This document shows, one piece after another, positions 1-10,294 of a stretch of DNA of 64,000 nucleotides. The notes below the pieces were generated by a model. It had not been told where the DNA came from and ran no database searches. It saw only the letters and a list, made by a program, of their open reading frames with translations. Every line of letters starts with the position of its first letter. The first letter of the stretch is position 1. Source of the DNA: Candidatus Uhrbacteria bacterium (GTDB lineage Bacteria; Patescibacteriota; Patescibacteriia; UBA9934); the NCBI GenBank assembly GCA_903848275.1, contig CAINGB010000001.1, positions 1,175 through 65,174 on the forward strand, written 5' to 3'. A program made the position numbers and the translations under genes.

Positions 1-304
1 ATAACCGTATCAACGAACCCCAAATAATAAGCGGAAGCATAATAGCCTGACCTAGGACATTCTCAAAACCAACCATTAACTGCTGACTCCTCGTACAAGT
101 ATAAGCGCCTTGTTGTCTAAATCCTTCCGACACACAACTGTAAGCCACGCCAGTTTTTACACCCTGCACCGTAAAACCCTTGCCATCAGGCTGCTCATTC
201 TTAAAACCATCTATGTTATGTAACGCCAGAGCAAACCACAGCAAGAAAACACTAGCCGTAACCACACACGCTATTAAAATTACGGTTAGTATTTCTTTTT
301 TCAT
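1..304 (-). CDS. partial CDS (C-terminus off window): putative lipoprotein/secreted protein
   Basis: Minus-strand ATG at 304; N-terminus MKKEILTVILIAC... with lipobox-like LIAC; frame open to window edge. Confidence 0.35.
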   Translation of the reverse strand, partial: MKKEILTVILIACVVTASVFLLWFALALHNIDGFKNEQPDGKGFTVQGVKTGVAYSCVSEGFRQQGAYTCTRSQQLMVGFENVLGQAIMLPLIIWGSLIRL

Positions 305-314
305 AAACAAATTA

Positions 315-860
315 TTAATCATCTCTGGCTGCTTTGCGCATTCTGTACAACCTTTCAGTAAAACCTCCTTCCGTTAAAAATGCTTTTTCAAGCGCTTTCA
401 ACTGTTGATCAAGTAAATAGCTAGCCTGGTGAATAACGCAAATTATAGCATTCGCAGCAGTCTCTGGCTTCTCTAAATATGACTGATAAGTCGAATAAGA
501 CCTATTCTCTACGTAAGCTAATCCACGTACAGCCTGAGCCTCTGGATTATCCTTACCCCATAGTAACAAGTGCCGCTGTCGTAAATAATCTTCGTAATCT
601 ATTAATAATTCCTCAAGACTGGCGCGAGCTACATTAACCAACTTAATTTCTGTCTTCTTAGAGGTTCCTGATGCCTGACAACCTTCCGCGATATTTTGTC
701 TACCTGAACGAGCAGCCTGAATCATCTGATCACGCATTCGATAATCTTTAACGAACTTATTGCAGAATTCGAAAGTAAAATCATAAACTAACGTAGTTGT
801 TTGATAGGATTTTAAAGTCCTATAACCACCATGCTTCTGAATAAGTCCTTCATCTAACAT
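315..860 (-). CDS. four-helix-bundle protein (23S rRNA intervening-sequence protein family, with C-terminal extension)
   Basis: Motif ...QMIQAARSGRQNIAEG... typical of the four-helix-bundle family; 181 aa. Confidence 0.6.
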   Translation of the reverse strand: MLDEGLIQKHGGYRTLKSYQTTTLVYDFTFEFCNKFVKDYRMRDQMIQAARSGRQNIAEGCQASGTSKKTEIKLVNVARASLEELLIDYEDYLRQRHLLLWGKDNPEAQAVRGLAYVENRSYSTYQSYLEKPETAANAIICVIHQASYLLDQQLKALEKAFLTEGGFTERLYRMRKAARDD

Positions 861-890
861 AGGTCCAATCGGTCCTACAAGTCACATAAA

Positions 891-3677
891 TTAAACCCCA
901 TGACACTTCTTGAACTTCTTACCACTGCCACACGGACAGGCATCATTCCTATGAGTCTTGCTAAAGTCAACAGACTCACCCGGCGCTACCGCGACCTCAT
1001 TCGTCCTACTGGTCTCATAGGTAGTATTCACTGTTGACCCATTAGAGCCCTTATCAGCGGAAGACATTTGCATCCCACGAATTAATTGCGGCGCTAATTC
1101 CAGCATCTTTTTAGCCGCCACCGCTTGGTCAAAGAGCTTAAAGAGATTGTAAGCCACGTCGTGTTGCACTTCGTCCTGCATGGTGCCGAACAAACGGAAC
1201 GACTCGTGCTTGTACTCAACCAGCGGATCGCGCTGCGCATAGCCTTGCAAACCAATCGTGTGACGCAAGTACGTCATCTCGTCCAAATGACGCATCCAAT
1301 GACTATCCATGGCGCGCAAAAGTACATTGCGCTCAATCTTCTGCACCTGCACTTCGTCGCCAAATGTTGTGACTGCTTCCTGATATTTAGCCTGCAAATA
1401 GCCAAGCATGCGTTCGATCACCGTTGTTCGTTGTCTGGCCAATTCCTCCTTATCCAAACTCAAGTTTGGCAAAGTCGTAGTAATCGCTGACTTTGTTTCC
1501 TCATCGAGCGGCACAATCGTATTGAGAGTTTCGATGATTTCTTTTACATCCCAATCACCCTTCACCATTTCGTTGCCTGCCACGTCGTTCGCGAACGACG
1601 TGGGCACATTCACGCGTTCACCAGTATGCGCCAACACCACGTGTTCTAATTCACGTTCAATCGTCGCCATCACATCAGCATGAGCCACTGTCACATCCTC
1701 TTGCAAAATCTTGCGACGGCGACCATAAGCCGACAGACGGTGCTTATTCAACACGTCGTCGTATTCCAAAACGTGCTTACGAGTATCGTAGTTGTTGCCT
1801 TCTACCCGCTTTTGCGCCCCTTCAAGTGAACGCGTAATCATCTTGCTCTCAATCGGTGTTGAGTCATCAAAGCCGAGCGTATCCATCATACTCTTCACGC
1901 GACTGCTGCCAAAAATACGCATCAAATCATCGTCTAAGGAAACGTAGAACTGCGTCATGCCAGGGTCACCCTGACGAGCCGCACGACCACGCAACTGGTT
2001 ATCAATGCGACGTGACTCATGACGTTCTGTGCCCAGCACAAAGAGGCCACCAAGCGCGCGGACTTCTTCTGCCTCGGCTGGATTTGGTGGGTTGCCGCCC
2101 AAAATAATGTCGACACCACGGCCGGCCATGTTAGTCGCCACCGTTACTGCGCCTTTACGGCCAGCTTGAGCAATAATCTCACCTTCACGTTCGTGGTTCT
2201 TAGCATTTAACACTTCATAACGCACACCAGCCAAACGTAGCAACTCACTCAAGCGCTCATTCTTCTCCACAGAAATCGTACCAATCAGCACTGGCTGACC
2301 ACGTTCCTGCAAAGCCTTAACTTCCTGCACCAAAGCCAAGAACTTACCATTTTCCGTTTTATAAATACGGTCTGGTGCATCCTTACGCAAGTTAATTTTG
2401 TTCGTTGGAATCTCGACAACTTCCAAATTATAAGTCTTCGCTAATTCTTCCGCCTCAGTCGCCGCGGTACCCGTCATACCACCCAACTTCTTATAAAGAC
2501 GGAAATAATTCTGGTACGTAATTGTCGCCAACGTACGGCTCTCGCGTTGAATCTTCACATTTTCCTTGGCTTCAATCGCCTGGTGTAAACCTTCACTATA
2601 ACGGCGACCCTCCATTACGCGGCCAGTAAACTCGTCCACAATCATCACTTCACCATCACGCACAATGTAATCACGATCACGTAAAAATAAAGCGTGAGCC
2701 TTCAACGCTTGATCCGCATGGTGCACGGTACTGAGACCACCTTCGGCATACAAGTTAGCAATACCCAAGGCTTTTTCAATCTGCTGCAAACCAGTTTCTG
2801 TAAACGTCGCCGAACGTAACTTCTCATCGATATTATAGTCCTCATTAAGCTGCAAGTGCTTAACGATATCGGCAAAGCGATAATAAGTATCCGCCGACTC
2901 CTCAGCTGGCGCACTAATAATCAACGGCGTCCTGGCCTCATCAATCAAAATGCTATCAACCTCGTCGACAATAGCGTAATGCAATTCTCGTTGCACCATG
3001 TGGCTCGCTTCCTGCGCCATGTTATCGCGCAAATAGTCAAAACCGTATTCATTGTTCGTGCCGTAAGTAATATCCGTGGCATAGGCTGCCTGTCGACTGT
3101 CTGGGCGCAAAAAGTCCATTTCCACCCGGAAGGACGACGTCGTAACCGCGCCATCTTCAGGCACTGGCACCTTGTACTCAGCATCAAACACATAGCCACA
3201 CTCATGCTGGATGCAGCCAACTGTTAAGCCCAAGAAAGTAAAAACCTTGCCCATCCACACGGCGTCACGCTTAGCCAAGTAATCGTTAACCGTCACGGCG
3301 TGTACACCTTTGCCAGCGAGTGCATTCAAATAAATCGGCGCAGTGCTCGTCAACGTCTTACCTTCACCAGTGCGCATTTCCGCAATCATGCCACGATGCA
3401 AAGCCAAGCCACCCATCATCTGCACATCATAATGACGCTGACCGATGCTCCGTTTGGCTGCTTCACGCACCACCGCAAAAGCCTCAAAAGCAATATCGTC
3501 AAGCGTGGACCCCGCCGCCAATCTCTCTTTAAATTCTACCGTCTTGCCCTTTAACTGTTCATCAGTCAAAACTGAAATCATTGGCTCAAAAGCCAAGATC
3601 TTAGCAGCATCAGCTTGCAAACTTTTCACCAGCTTAGCATTTGGGTCACCAAAAATCTTATTCAACAAGGACATAGG
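891..3677 (-). CDS. secA: preprotein translocase ATPase SecA
   Basis: DEAD-like motor motifs (MRTGEGKTL, DEVDSILIDEARTPLIIS); C-terminal zinc finger CPCGSGKKFKKCHG; start taken at internal MSLLNKIFG (ORF extends to 3734). Confidence 0.95.
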   Translation of the reverse strand, partial: PMSLLNKIFGDPNAKLVKSLQADAAKILAFEPMISVLTDEQLKGKTVEFKERLAAGSTLDDIAFEAFAVVREAAKRSIGQRHYDVQMMGGLALHRGMIAEMRTGEGKTLTSTAPIYLNALAGKGVHAVTVNDYLAKRDAVWMGKVFTFLGLTVGCIQHECGYVFDAEYKVPVPEDGAVTTSSFRVEMDFLRPDSRQAAYATDITYGTNNEYGFDYLRDNMAQEASHMVQRELHYAIVDEVDSILIDEARTPLIISAPAEESADTYYRFADIVKHLQLNEDYNIDEKLRSATFTETGLQQIEKALGIANLYAEGGLSTVHHADQALKAHALFLRDRDYIVRDGEVMIVDEFTGRVMEGRRYSEGLHQAIEAKENVKIQRESRTLATITYQNYFRLYKKLGGMTGTAATEAEELAKTYNLEVVEIPTNKINLRKDAPDRIYKTENGKFLALVQEVKALQERGQPVLIGTISVEKNERLSELLRLAGVRYEVLNAKNHEREGEIIAQAGRKGAVTVATNMAGRGVDIILGGNPPNPAEAEEVRALGGLFVLGTERHESRRIDNQLRGRAARQGDPGMTQFYVSLDDDLMRIFGSSRVKSMMDTLGFDDSTPIESKMITRSLEGAQKRVEGNNYDTRKHVLEYDDVLNKHRLSAYGRRRKILQEDVTVAHADVMATIERELEHVVLAHTGERVNVPTSFANDVAGNEMVKGDWDVKEIIETLNTIVPLDEETKSAITTTLPNLSLDKEELARQRTTVIERMLGYLQAKYQEAVTTFGDEVQVQKIERNVLLRAMDSHWMRHLDEMTYLRHTIGLQGYAQRDPLVEYKHESFRLFGTMQDEVQHDVAYNLFKLFDQAVAAKKMLELAPQLIRGMQMSSADKGSNGSTVNTTYETSRTNEVAVAPGESVDFSKTHRNDACPCGSGKKFKKCHGV

Positions 3678-3743
3678 CAAACATACGATTATGCCCCCAA
3701 GTTTGCCTGAAAAACCCTTTTTCCACAAGAGCAAAAACTGGCT

Positions 3744-5027
3744 TTATACCACCAGTTTTCTAGCCACACTATCAATATCCCCTGCGCCCATGATCAATAC
3801 TACGTCGCCTGGCTGAACCAAATCACGTACTTGCTGTTCTGCTTCTACCAGATCCTTAGCGTAACTCATAGGCCTATCATGACCTAATCGGCGCTCAACC
3901 GCGGCCAACAAATCACAACTCGAAACCGTCGCATCATCTGTCCGTCCTGTCACGCCATAAATCTCGACCAAGATTAAAGCATCGGCCAAATCAAAAGAAC
4001 TCACGAACTCCTCGAATAATTCTCTCGTTCGGTTATGTTGATGTGGCTGGAAACACAAAACGATTCTTCGGCTAGCATAAAATTTCTTCGCCCCTTCCAA
4101 CGTTCCCTTAATCGCTGTTGGATGATGACCGTAATCAGAAACAACTGTGACTCCATTTAATTCACCAACTACTTCGAATCTCCTCCAAATCCCGCGATAG
4201 TTCTCTAATGACTTCTTAATCATCTCATCGCTTACACCGAATTCACGAGCAACTACTCGCGCCGCCGCCGCATTCGCCCGATTAAATTCACCCGGTACCA
4301 ACAACTCATAACCAATCACATCGTTCACGCCATATTGCTCAATGGTCGAGCCAATAAGTCGCTTCGAGTTCGCATCGTCCACATTAACAAACACGCTCTT
4401 GCCTGTCTGCTCCACCAACTGCTGAAACGTCGCCACAATGTGATCCAGGTCTCTATACACATCTAGGTGATCTTCTTCAATGTTAGTAATAACTGTAACT
4501 TCTGGGTGAAGCTGCACCATCTTCTGCTTATACTCATCACCTTCAATAATTAAAATATCGCTCTGGCCAATCCGCAAATTACCAAGCTCCCAACCGGGCA
4601 CGAGACTACCAACAAAAACCGTCGGATCCAGCCCAGCGTCGACAAATATCTGACCCGTCATGGCCGTCGTAGTACTCTTACCATTTGTACCAGTTACGCA
4701 GATAGTTCGATACTGCTTCGATAACTCTCCTAACCAACCAAAATGACCAAGCTGTTCAATTCCCCGCTTAGTCGCCTCGATTCTTTCGATATTATCCAAA
4801 CCAGCCGCTTCAGTGAAGACCACGAGATCACAATCCTCTGGGATATTACTCGCCTCATGCCCAATCCTTATTGCCGCGCCTCTCTTAATTAAATCATCGG
4901 TTATCGCCGACTGCGTACTATCGGACCCGCTGACAGTCTTGCCCTGCGCCAACAAAAACTTACCGACGGCACTGATACCAATGCCGCCAGCCCCAATTAA
5001 ATGAACGTGCTTCACACTATCCAGCAT
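3744..5027 (-). CDS. murC: UDP-N-acetylmuramate--L-alanine ligase MurC
   Basis: Mur ligase motifs: HLIGAGGIGISAVG Rossmann-like N-term, GTNGKSTTTAM P-loop; start moved to internal Met to avoid overlap with hpf. Confidence 0.9.
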   Translation of the reverse strand: MLDSVKHVHLIGAGGIGISAVGKFLLAQGKTVSGSDSTQSAITDDLIKRGAAIRIGHEASNIPEDCDLVVFTEAAGLDNIERIEATKRGIEQLGHFGWLGELSKQYRTICVTGTNGKSTTTAMTGQIFVDAGLDPTVFVGSLVPGWELGNLRIGQSDILIIEGDEYKQKMVQLHPEVTVITNIEEDHLDVYRDLDHIVATFQQLVEQTGKSVFVNVDDANSKRLIGSTIEQYGVNDVIGYELLVPGEFNRANAAAARVVAREFGVSDEMIKKSLENYRGIWRRFEVVGELNGVTVVSDYGHHPTAIKGTLEGAKKFYASRRIVLCFQPHQHNRTRELFEEFVSSFDLADALILVEIYGVTGRTDDATVSSCDLLAAVERRLGHDRPMSYAKDLVEAEQQVRDLVQPGDVVLIMGAGDIDSVARKLVV

Positions 5028-5028
5028 A

Positions 5029-5346
5029 CTAGCTATGTGCGTCCAACTTTTCCTTATGAGCAATCAACTGACGCTTCAAGTCATCCTTGGCAACATCAAT
5101 CGCGGCATACAAATCCTCCTCAATAGCTTCAGCTCGCAAGGTGACACCGGGGATCGTCATCATAAACTCAGCCCGGAAAATCTTGCCCTTCTGGTGGTGC
5201 TCACTAGTCTTGCCAACCTCAGCCGACACCTCGCATGTACTGTAACGTTCGCAAAATTTTTCCAAGCTCATGAGCTTCTCTTGCACGTAGTTACTAATTG
5301 CCTCAGTCATCTCCATGTGTGTCGCCAAAGTTGATAGAATATTCAT
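5029..5346 (-). CDS. hpf: ribosome hibernation-promoting factor / RaiA (S30EA family)
   Basis: 105 aa; pattern MNI...THMEMTEAI..YV.EKL..LEKF typical of the sigma-54-modulation/HPF family. Confidence 0.8.
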   Translation of the reverse strand: MNILSTLATHMEMTEAISNYVQEKLMSLEKFCERYSTCEVSAEVGKTSEHHQKGKIFRAEFMMTIPGVTLRAEAIEEDLYAAIDVAKDDLKRQLIAHKEKLDAHS

Positions 5347-5350
5347 ATAT

Positions 5351-7924
5351 TTAGATTCTACCTTTTATTAACATAGGTCGCAAATAGCGCCCAGTGTGAC
5401 TCTCTGGTCGGCGTGCGATATCTTCCGGCGTGCCTGTTGCCACCACATTACCGCCTTGGTCACCACCTTCTGGCCCCATATCGATGATGTAGTCAGCCGT
5501 CTTGATCACGTCCAAGTTATGCTCAATCACAATCATACTATTGCCCTTGTCGACTAAGCGATGCAGCACCTCAAGCAGCTTCCGTACATCATCAAAATGT
5601 AAACCAGTTGTTGGTTCGTCGAGCATATACAACGTCCTGCCAGTCTGACGCTTGCTCAACTCACTCGCCAACTTCACGCGCTGCGCCTCACCACCCGACA
5701 ACGTGGTCGCACTCTGCCCAAGTTTAATATAACTTAAGCCGACCTCATTCAAGGCCTTGAGTTTATCATTCACGTCTGGCAAGTCCGCAAAGAACACCGC
5801 TGCTTCTTCAATCGTCATCTCGAGCACGTCGCTGATGTTCTTCTCCTTGTACGTCACCTCAAGCGTCTCGCGACTAAACCGCTTGCCCTTACAAACCTCA
5901 CACGTCACATACACTGTCGGCAAGAAATGCATTTCAATTTCAATCACCCCGTGACCTTCGCAGTGATCACAGCGTCCACCTGGCACGTTAAAGCTAAAGC
6001 GTCCTGGCTTATAACCACGAAACCTCGCTTCTTCCGTCATCGCAAACAAGTCGCGAATCGGACCCCAAGCGCCAGTATACGTCGCTGGATTACTGCGTGG
6101 CGTCCGACCAATGGCGCCCTGGTCAATTAGAATCGCTTTATCGATATACTCAATACCGAGCACGGTTTTATGCGCTCCAGCATGCTTTTTGCCACCGTAA
6201 AGTTTTTGCGCCACCGCCTTATACATGACGTCATAGGCCAAGCTCGACTTACCGCTGCCAGACACACCAGTGATACAAACAAAACGCCGCAACGGAAAGT
6301 CCACGTCGACATTCTTTAAGTTATGTTCCGTCGCCCCGCGTACCTTAATCGCTCCGCTATCATTGACGCGACGCTTGTCCGGAATCGGAATCATTTCATC
6401 GCCTCGTAAGTAAGCCGCCGTCCGCGACTTCTTATCCGCAAAAATTGCCGGCACCGGTCCAGCCGCCACCACGTAACCACCATGCACACCAGCCCCTGGC
6501 CCAATCTCCACCATGTAATCACTGCGACGAATCGTGTCTTCATCATGCTCGACTACCAACACTGTGTTGCCGAGGTCACGCAAATACTCCAGCGTCTTGA
6601 TCAATTTTTCATTATCACGTTGATGCAAGCCAATCGTCGGTTCATCAAGCACGTACAAAGCCCCGGTCAGTCGTGACCCAATCTGCGAGGCTAAGCGAAT
6701 ACGTTGCGCTTCACCACCCGACAACGTACCGGCTGTTCTGTTCAAAGTTAGATAATGCAAGCCGACGTCGAGTAAGAACGTCAACCTATTCTCAATTTCC
6801 TTCAGTACCATACTGGCAATCTCCCGTTGCCGAGCGTCGAGCCTAACGTTTAAAAAGAACTCGACAGCTTGATCAACCGAGTAACTCACCACGTCGGTGA
6901 TACTCTTGCCATCCACCCACACGAACTGTGCCTCACGCCGCAACCTATCACCATGACAGGTTAAACACAGCTCAGTCGAAAATAAATCGACCGTACCCAA
7001 ACCAGAACACGCTGCACAGGCACCGTACGGGCTGTTAAAACTAAACAAACGTGGCTCGATTTCCGGAAACGAGAACCCACATTTCACGCAGCTGAACTTG
7101 GACGACAGCACTCGTTCGTGATCACTGTAAACAACAATAGCTACACCTTCACCACGTTGTACCGCGGTTTCCAACGCTTCATTCAAACGCTGCGCCATGT
7201 CCTTACTTGGCTGCTTCAAATCGACGGCTGGAACGGTGTCCACCACCAAATCAATAGTATGTGCCGAGTAGCGCGACAAACTAATCTTCTCACTCAAATT
7301 ATGCATCTTGCCGTCAATCCGCACGTTAGCGAAACCGCTATTGTAAAGGTCATAAAGTAACTGGTAATATTCACCTTTACGCCCCTTCACCACTGGCGCC
7401 AAAATCAACACCTCTTCACCAGTCACCAACTTCTTTTTCTTTGTCGCCGCAGCCTTCGCCTCTTGTACATCGCGGACCACAATGTCGGCCATTTCGTCGA
7501 CAGTCAACTTCTCAATCTTCGTCAAACAGTTCGGACAATGCGGTTCACCAATACGCGCAAACAACACACGGAGGTAATCGTAAGTCTCCGTAATCGTAGC
7601 GATAGTCGAACGTGGATTCCGGCCATGTGCCTTTTGGTCAATACTAATAGCTGGCGACAAACCCTCAATCTCGTCGACATCTGGCTTTTGCATGGCCCCC
7701 AAAAACTGTCGCGCGTAAGCAGACAAGGATTCAATGTACCGACGCTGACCTTCCGCAAAGATGGTATCAAACGCTAAGCTCGACTTACCGCTGCCCGACA
7801 AACCGGTAATACACACCAACTGATTACGCGGAATCGTCACGTTGATATTTTTCAAATTGTGCTCCCGCGCTCCCTTAACAACAATATTATTTTGCATATA
7901 CGTACTTTTAAGAAGTGATGACAT
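5351..7924 (-). CDS. uvrA: excinuclease ABC subunit A UvrA (short form; alternative start at 7897)
   Basis: Two ABC modules (GLSGSGKSSLAFDTI, GVSGSGKSSLAYDV), signature LSGGEAQR twice, Zn modules CPNC and CVKCG...CAACSG. Confidence 0.9.
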   Translation of the reverse strand: MSSLLKSTYMQNNIVVKGAREHNLKNINVTIPRNQLVCITGLSGSGKSSLAFDTIFAEGQRRYIESLSAYARQFLGAMQKPDVDEIEGLSPAISIDQKAHGRNPRSTIATITETYDYLRVLFARIGEPHCPNCLTKIEKLTVDEMADIVVRDVQEAKAAATKKKKLVTGEEVLILAPVVKGRKGEYYQLLYDLYNSGFANVRIDGKMHNLSEKISLSRYSAHTIDLVVDTVPAVDLKQPSKDMAQRLNEALETAVQRGEGVAIVVYSDHERVLSSKFSCVKCGFSFPEIEPRLFSFNSPYGACAACSGLGTVDLFSTELCLTCHGDRLRREAQFVWVDGKSITDVVSYSVDQAVEFFLNVRLDARQREIASMVLKEIENRLTFLLDVGLHYLTLNRTAGTLSGGEAQRIRLASQIGSRLTGALYVLDEPTIGLHQRDNEKLIKTLEYLRDLGNTVLVVEHDEDTIRRSDYMVEIGPGAGVHGGYVVAAGPVPAIFADKKSRTAAYLRGDEMIPIPDKRRVNDSGAIKVRGATEHNLKNVDVDFPLRRFVCITGVSGSGKSSLAYDVMYKAVAQKLYGGKKHAGAHKTVLGIEYIDKAILIDQGAIGRTPRSNPATYTGAWGPIRDLFAMTEEARFRGYKPGRFSFNVPGGRCDHCEGHGVIEIEMHFLPTVYVTCEVCKGKRFSRETLEVTYKEKNISDVLEMTIEEAAVFFADLPDVNDKLKALNEVGLSYIKLGQSATTLSGGEAQRVKLASELSKRQTGRTLYMLDEPTTGLHFDDVRKLLEVLHRLVDKGNSMIVIEHNLDVIKTADYIIDMGPEGGDQGGNVVATGTPEDIARRPESHTGRYLRPMLIKGRI

Positions 7925-7950
7925 TGAATTGTGACGACACGAGCACCGGC

Positions 7951-7983
7951 CCTGCCACGTCGGTCGCGACCGACGTGGCCTGC
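7951..7983. repeat. GC-rich perfect palindrome CCACGTCGGTCGCGACCGACGTGG with conserved flanks (copy 1 of 2)
   Basis: 34-nt identity with 53871..53904; core is a 24-bp perfect palindrome; lies in the uvrA–uvrB intergenic region. Confidence 0.8.
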
Positions 7984-8048
7984 GCCAGCGCCCGAGTCAT
8001 ACGAGGTGAGACGGCTGGTGCGGTTGACGGCGCGCAGTTAGGAATAAT

Positions 8049-10076
8049 TTAATGTCGTCGCTTCTTTTTCGCAGATCCTTCCTTCTGACCAAGCTCTTGC
8101 TCGAGCACCACAATCTCATCTCTTAACAATCCCGCCGTTTCAAACATCAGGTTGGCGGCAGCGTCCTGCATCTCCCCCTTCTTCTCCGCAATCACCTCCC
8201 GCAATTCTCGTGGCGTGGCCGTCATCTCAATCGACAAAATCATTTTCGTTTCCTCTAATCTCTCCCCCATCAAATCTGCGCGAATGTCACTAATCTTTTT
8301 CTTGATAGTTTCTGGCGTAATGCCATGCTCTTCATTATAAGCCACTTGAATCGCGCGACGTCGGTCAGTTTCCGCAATCGCCTTTTTGAGTGAACCGGTC
8401 ATTACATCCGCATACAAAATAACTTGTCCGTTGACGTTGCGAGCGGCGCGACCAATCGTCTGAATAAGCGACGTGGCCGAGCGCAAGAAGCCTTCTTTGT
8501 CTGCGTCGAGAATGCCAATCAAAGAAACCTCCGGCAAGTCGAGCCCTTCACGCAACAAGTTAACGCCGACAATCACGTCATACAATCCCTTACGCAAATC
8601 TGTGAGAATCGTAATGCGATCGAGCGTCTCGACGTCGGAGTGCAAGTACGCCACCTTAATCTTTTTTTCTTTCAAATACTCAGTCAAATCTTCCGCCATC
8701 TTCTTAGTTAGCGTCGTCACCAAAGCCCGTTCGCCAACGCTTACTCGTTGCTCAATTCGTTCGATAAGATCTGCAATTTGGCCAAGATACTTACCCTTTT
8801 GAATTACCGGCATGACAATCGTTTCCGGGTCAACCAAACCAGTCGGCCGAATAATCTGTTCGACAATCTGATCACTAGTTGCTGCTTCGTACGGCCCCGG
8901 TGTGGCAGAAACGTACACCGTCTGCCCAATCTTTTTTACAAATTCGTCAAACTGTAACGGGCGGTTATCGCGCGCCGACGGCAAACGGAATCCATGCTCG
9001 ACCAGCGTATTCTTACGCGCTTGGTCACCCGCAAACATACCGCCAATCTGCGGCAACGTAACGTGCGACTCATCAATAATCGTCAAAAAATCTTTAGGGA
9101 AATAATCCATCAAGGTATACGGTGCCTCACCAACTTTACGCCCGTCGAAATGACGAGAGTAGTTTTCGATTCCGCTACAGAACCCAATATTACGCATCAT
9201 CTCAATGTCGTACTTAGTGCGGCGCGACAACCGTTCGTACTCCAACAGCTTCCCTTCTTTCTCAAAAATATCCAACTGCTTCTTGAGCTCATTCTCAATA
9301 TCCTTAATTGCCCGTTCGCGCTCCCCTTCCGCCGTCATAAAGTGCTTGGCCGGAAAGATCATCATGTCCCGCAAATTCTCACGACGTTCGCGCGTCACCG
9401 GGTCGAGCAACAAAATCTCGTCTATAATTCCCTTCGTCAAAGTTAAGCGATATAACACCTCTTCGTTCATTGGCATTAATTCCAGCACGTCACCCTGAGC
9501 CCTGAAATGACCGCGCTTCAAATCCGCCGTAGTCCGGGTAAATTGCATCGCGACGAGTCTGCGCAACAATTCGGTTCGTTCAATCTTATCCCGCACCATC
9601 AAACGCATACCACTCTTTTCGTATTCAACCGGCGAACCCAAACCGTAAATACATGACACGGAAGCCACAATAATCACATCCCGACGCGACAGCAAAGCCT
9701 GCGTGGCCGCATGGCGCAAGCGGTCAATCTCTTCGTTGATCTGCGCATCTTTCTCAATGTAAGTATCAGTCCGCGGCAAGTATGCTTCCGGCTGATAATA
9801 ATCGTAATAAGACACAAAATACTCCACCGCGTGATCCGGAAAGAACTCGCGGAACTCCTGACACAACTGCGCCGCCAACGTCTTGTTATGCGCAATCACC
9901 AAGGTCGGGCGCTGTTCCTGCACAATCACATTCGCCATGGTAAACGTCTTACCAGATCCCGTAACACCCAATAATGTTTGACGCTCAAACCCCGCGCGCA
10001 GCCCTTGAACGAGCTCCGCAATGGCCTTGGGCTGATCCCCGGCCGGCTTGTATTCTGACACTAATTTGAAGTCCAT
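8049..10076 (-). CDS. uvrB: excinuclease ABC subunit B UvrB
   Basis: Helicase motifs (GVTGSGKTFTMA, DESHVT), UvrB beta-hairpin region, C-terminal UvrC-interaction helix; start at MDFKLVSEYKPAGDQP. Confidence 0.95.
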   Translation of the reverse strand: MDFKLVSEYKPAGDQPKAIAELVQGLRAGFERQTLLGVTGSGKTFTMANVIVQEQRPTLVIAHNKTLAAQLCQEFREFFPDHAVEYFVSYYDYYQPEAYLPRTDTYIEKDAQINEEIDRLRHAATQALLSRRDVIIVASVSCIYGLGSPVEYEKSGMRLMVRDKIERTELLRRLVAMQFTRTTADLKRGHFRAQGDVLELMPMNEEVLYRLTLTKGIIDEILLLDPVTRERRENLRDMMIFPAKHFMTAEGERERAIKDIENELKKQLDIFEKEGKLLEYERLSRRTKYDIEMMRNIGFCSGIENYSRHFDGRKVGEAPYTLMDYFPKDFLTIIDESHVTLPQIGGMFAGDQARKNTLVEHGFRLPSARDNRPLQFDEFVKKIGQTVYVSATPGPYEAATSDQIVEQIIRPTGLVDPETIVMPVIQKGKYLGQIADLIERIEQRVSVGERALVTTLTKKMAEDLTEYLKEKKIKVAYLHSDVETLDRITILTDLRKGLYDVIVGVNLLREGLDLPEVSLIGILDADKEGFLRSATSLIQTIGRAARNVNGQVILYADVMTGSLKKAIAETDRRRAIQVAYNEEHGITPETIKKKISDIRADLMGERLEETKMILSIEMTATPRELREVIAEKKGEMQDAAANLMFETAGLLRDEIVVLEQELGQKEGSAKKKRRH

Positions 10077-10161
10077 AACGCAAATATCCGCGAGCACTGG
10101 CTCTACGGGAGGTCACTCTTAATTGTTTCTCTATAATACCGTACAAACAGCGAACAGGCAA

Positions 10162-10186
10162 GGCCCGGCCTCGACGAGGCCGGGCC
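10162..10186 (-). terminator. GC-rich hairpin GGCCCGGCCTCGACGAGGCCGGGCC downstream of the 10295..11497 gene
   Basis: Perfect inverted repeat with 10-bp stem, seen directly. Confidence 0.5.
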
Positions 10187-10237
10187 TAAAAAGGGCTACT
10201 TATCCACAGCTCGCGTCCGGGACAAAGTTCGTCCAGG

Positions 10238-10280
10238 ACAAATGAAGACCCCCACCGCCCGCGAGGACGATGGGGGTCAG
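10238..10280 (-). terminator. second hairpin GACCCCCA-N16-TGGGGGTC immediately downstream of the 10295 stop
   Basis: 8-bp inverted repeat, seen directly. Confidence 0.4.
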
Positions 10281-10294
10281 ACGACTCGGTACTT

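Noticed and set aside
1125-3554. Multiple 60–130-aa ORFs antisense or out of frame within secA (for example 1125..1490, 2856..3227, 3445..3816)
   Set aside because: Fully embedded in a high-confidence conserved gene; no motifs; typical shadow ORFs.
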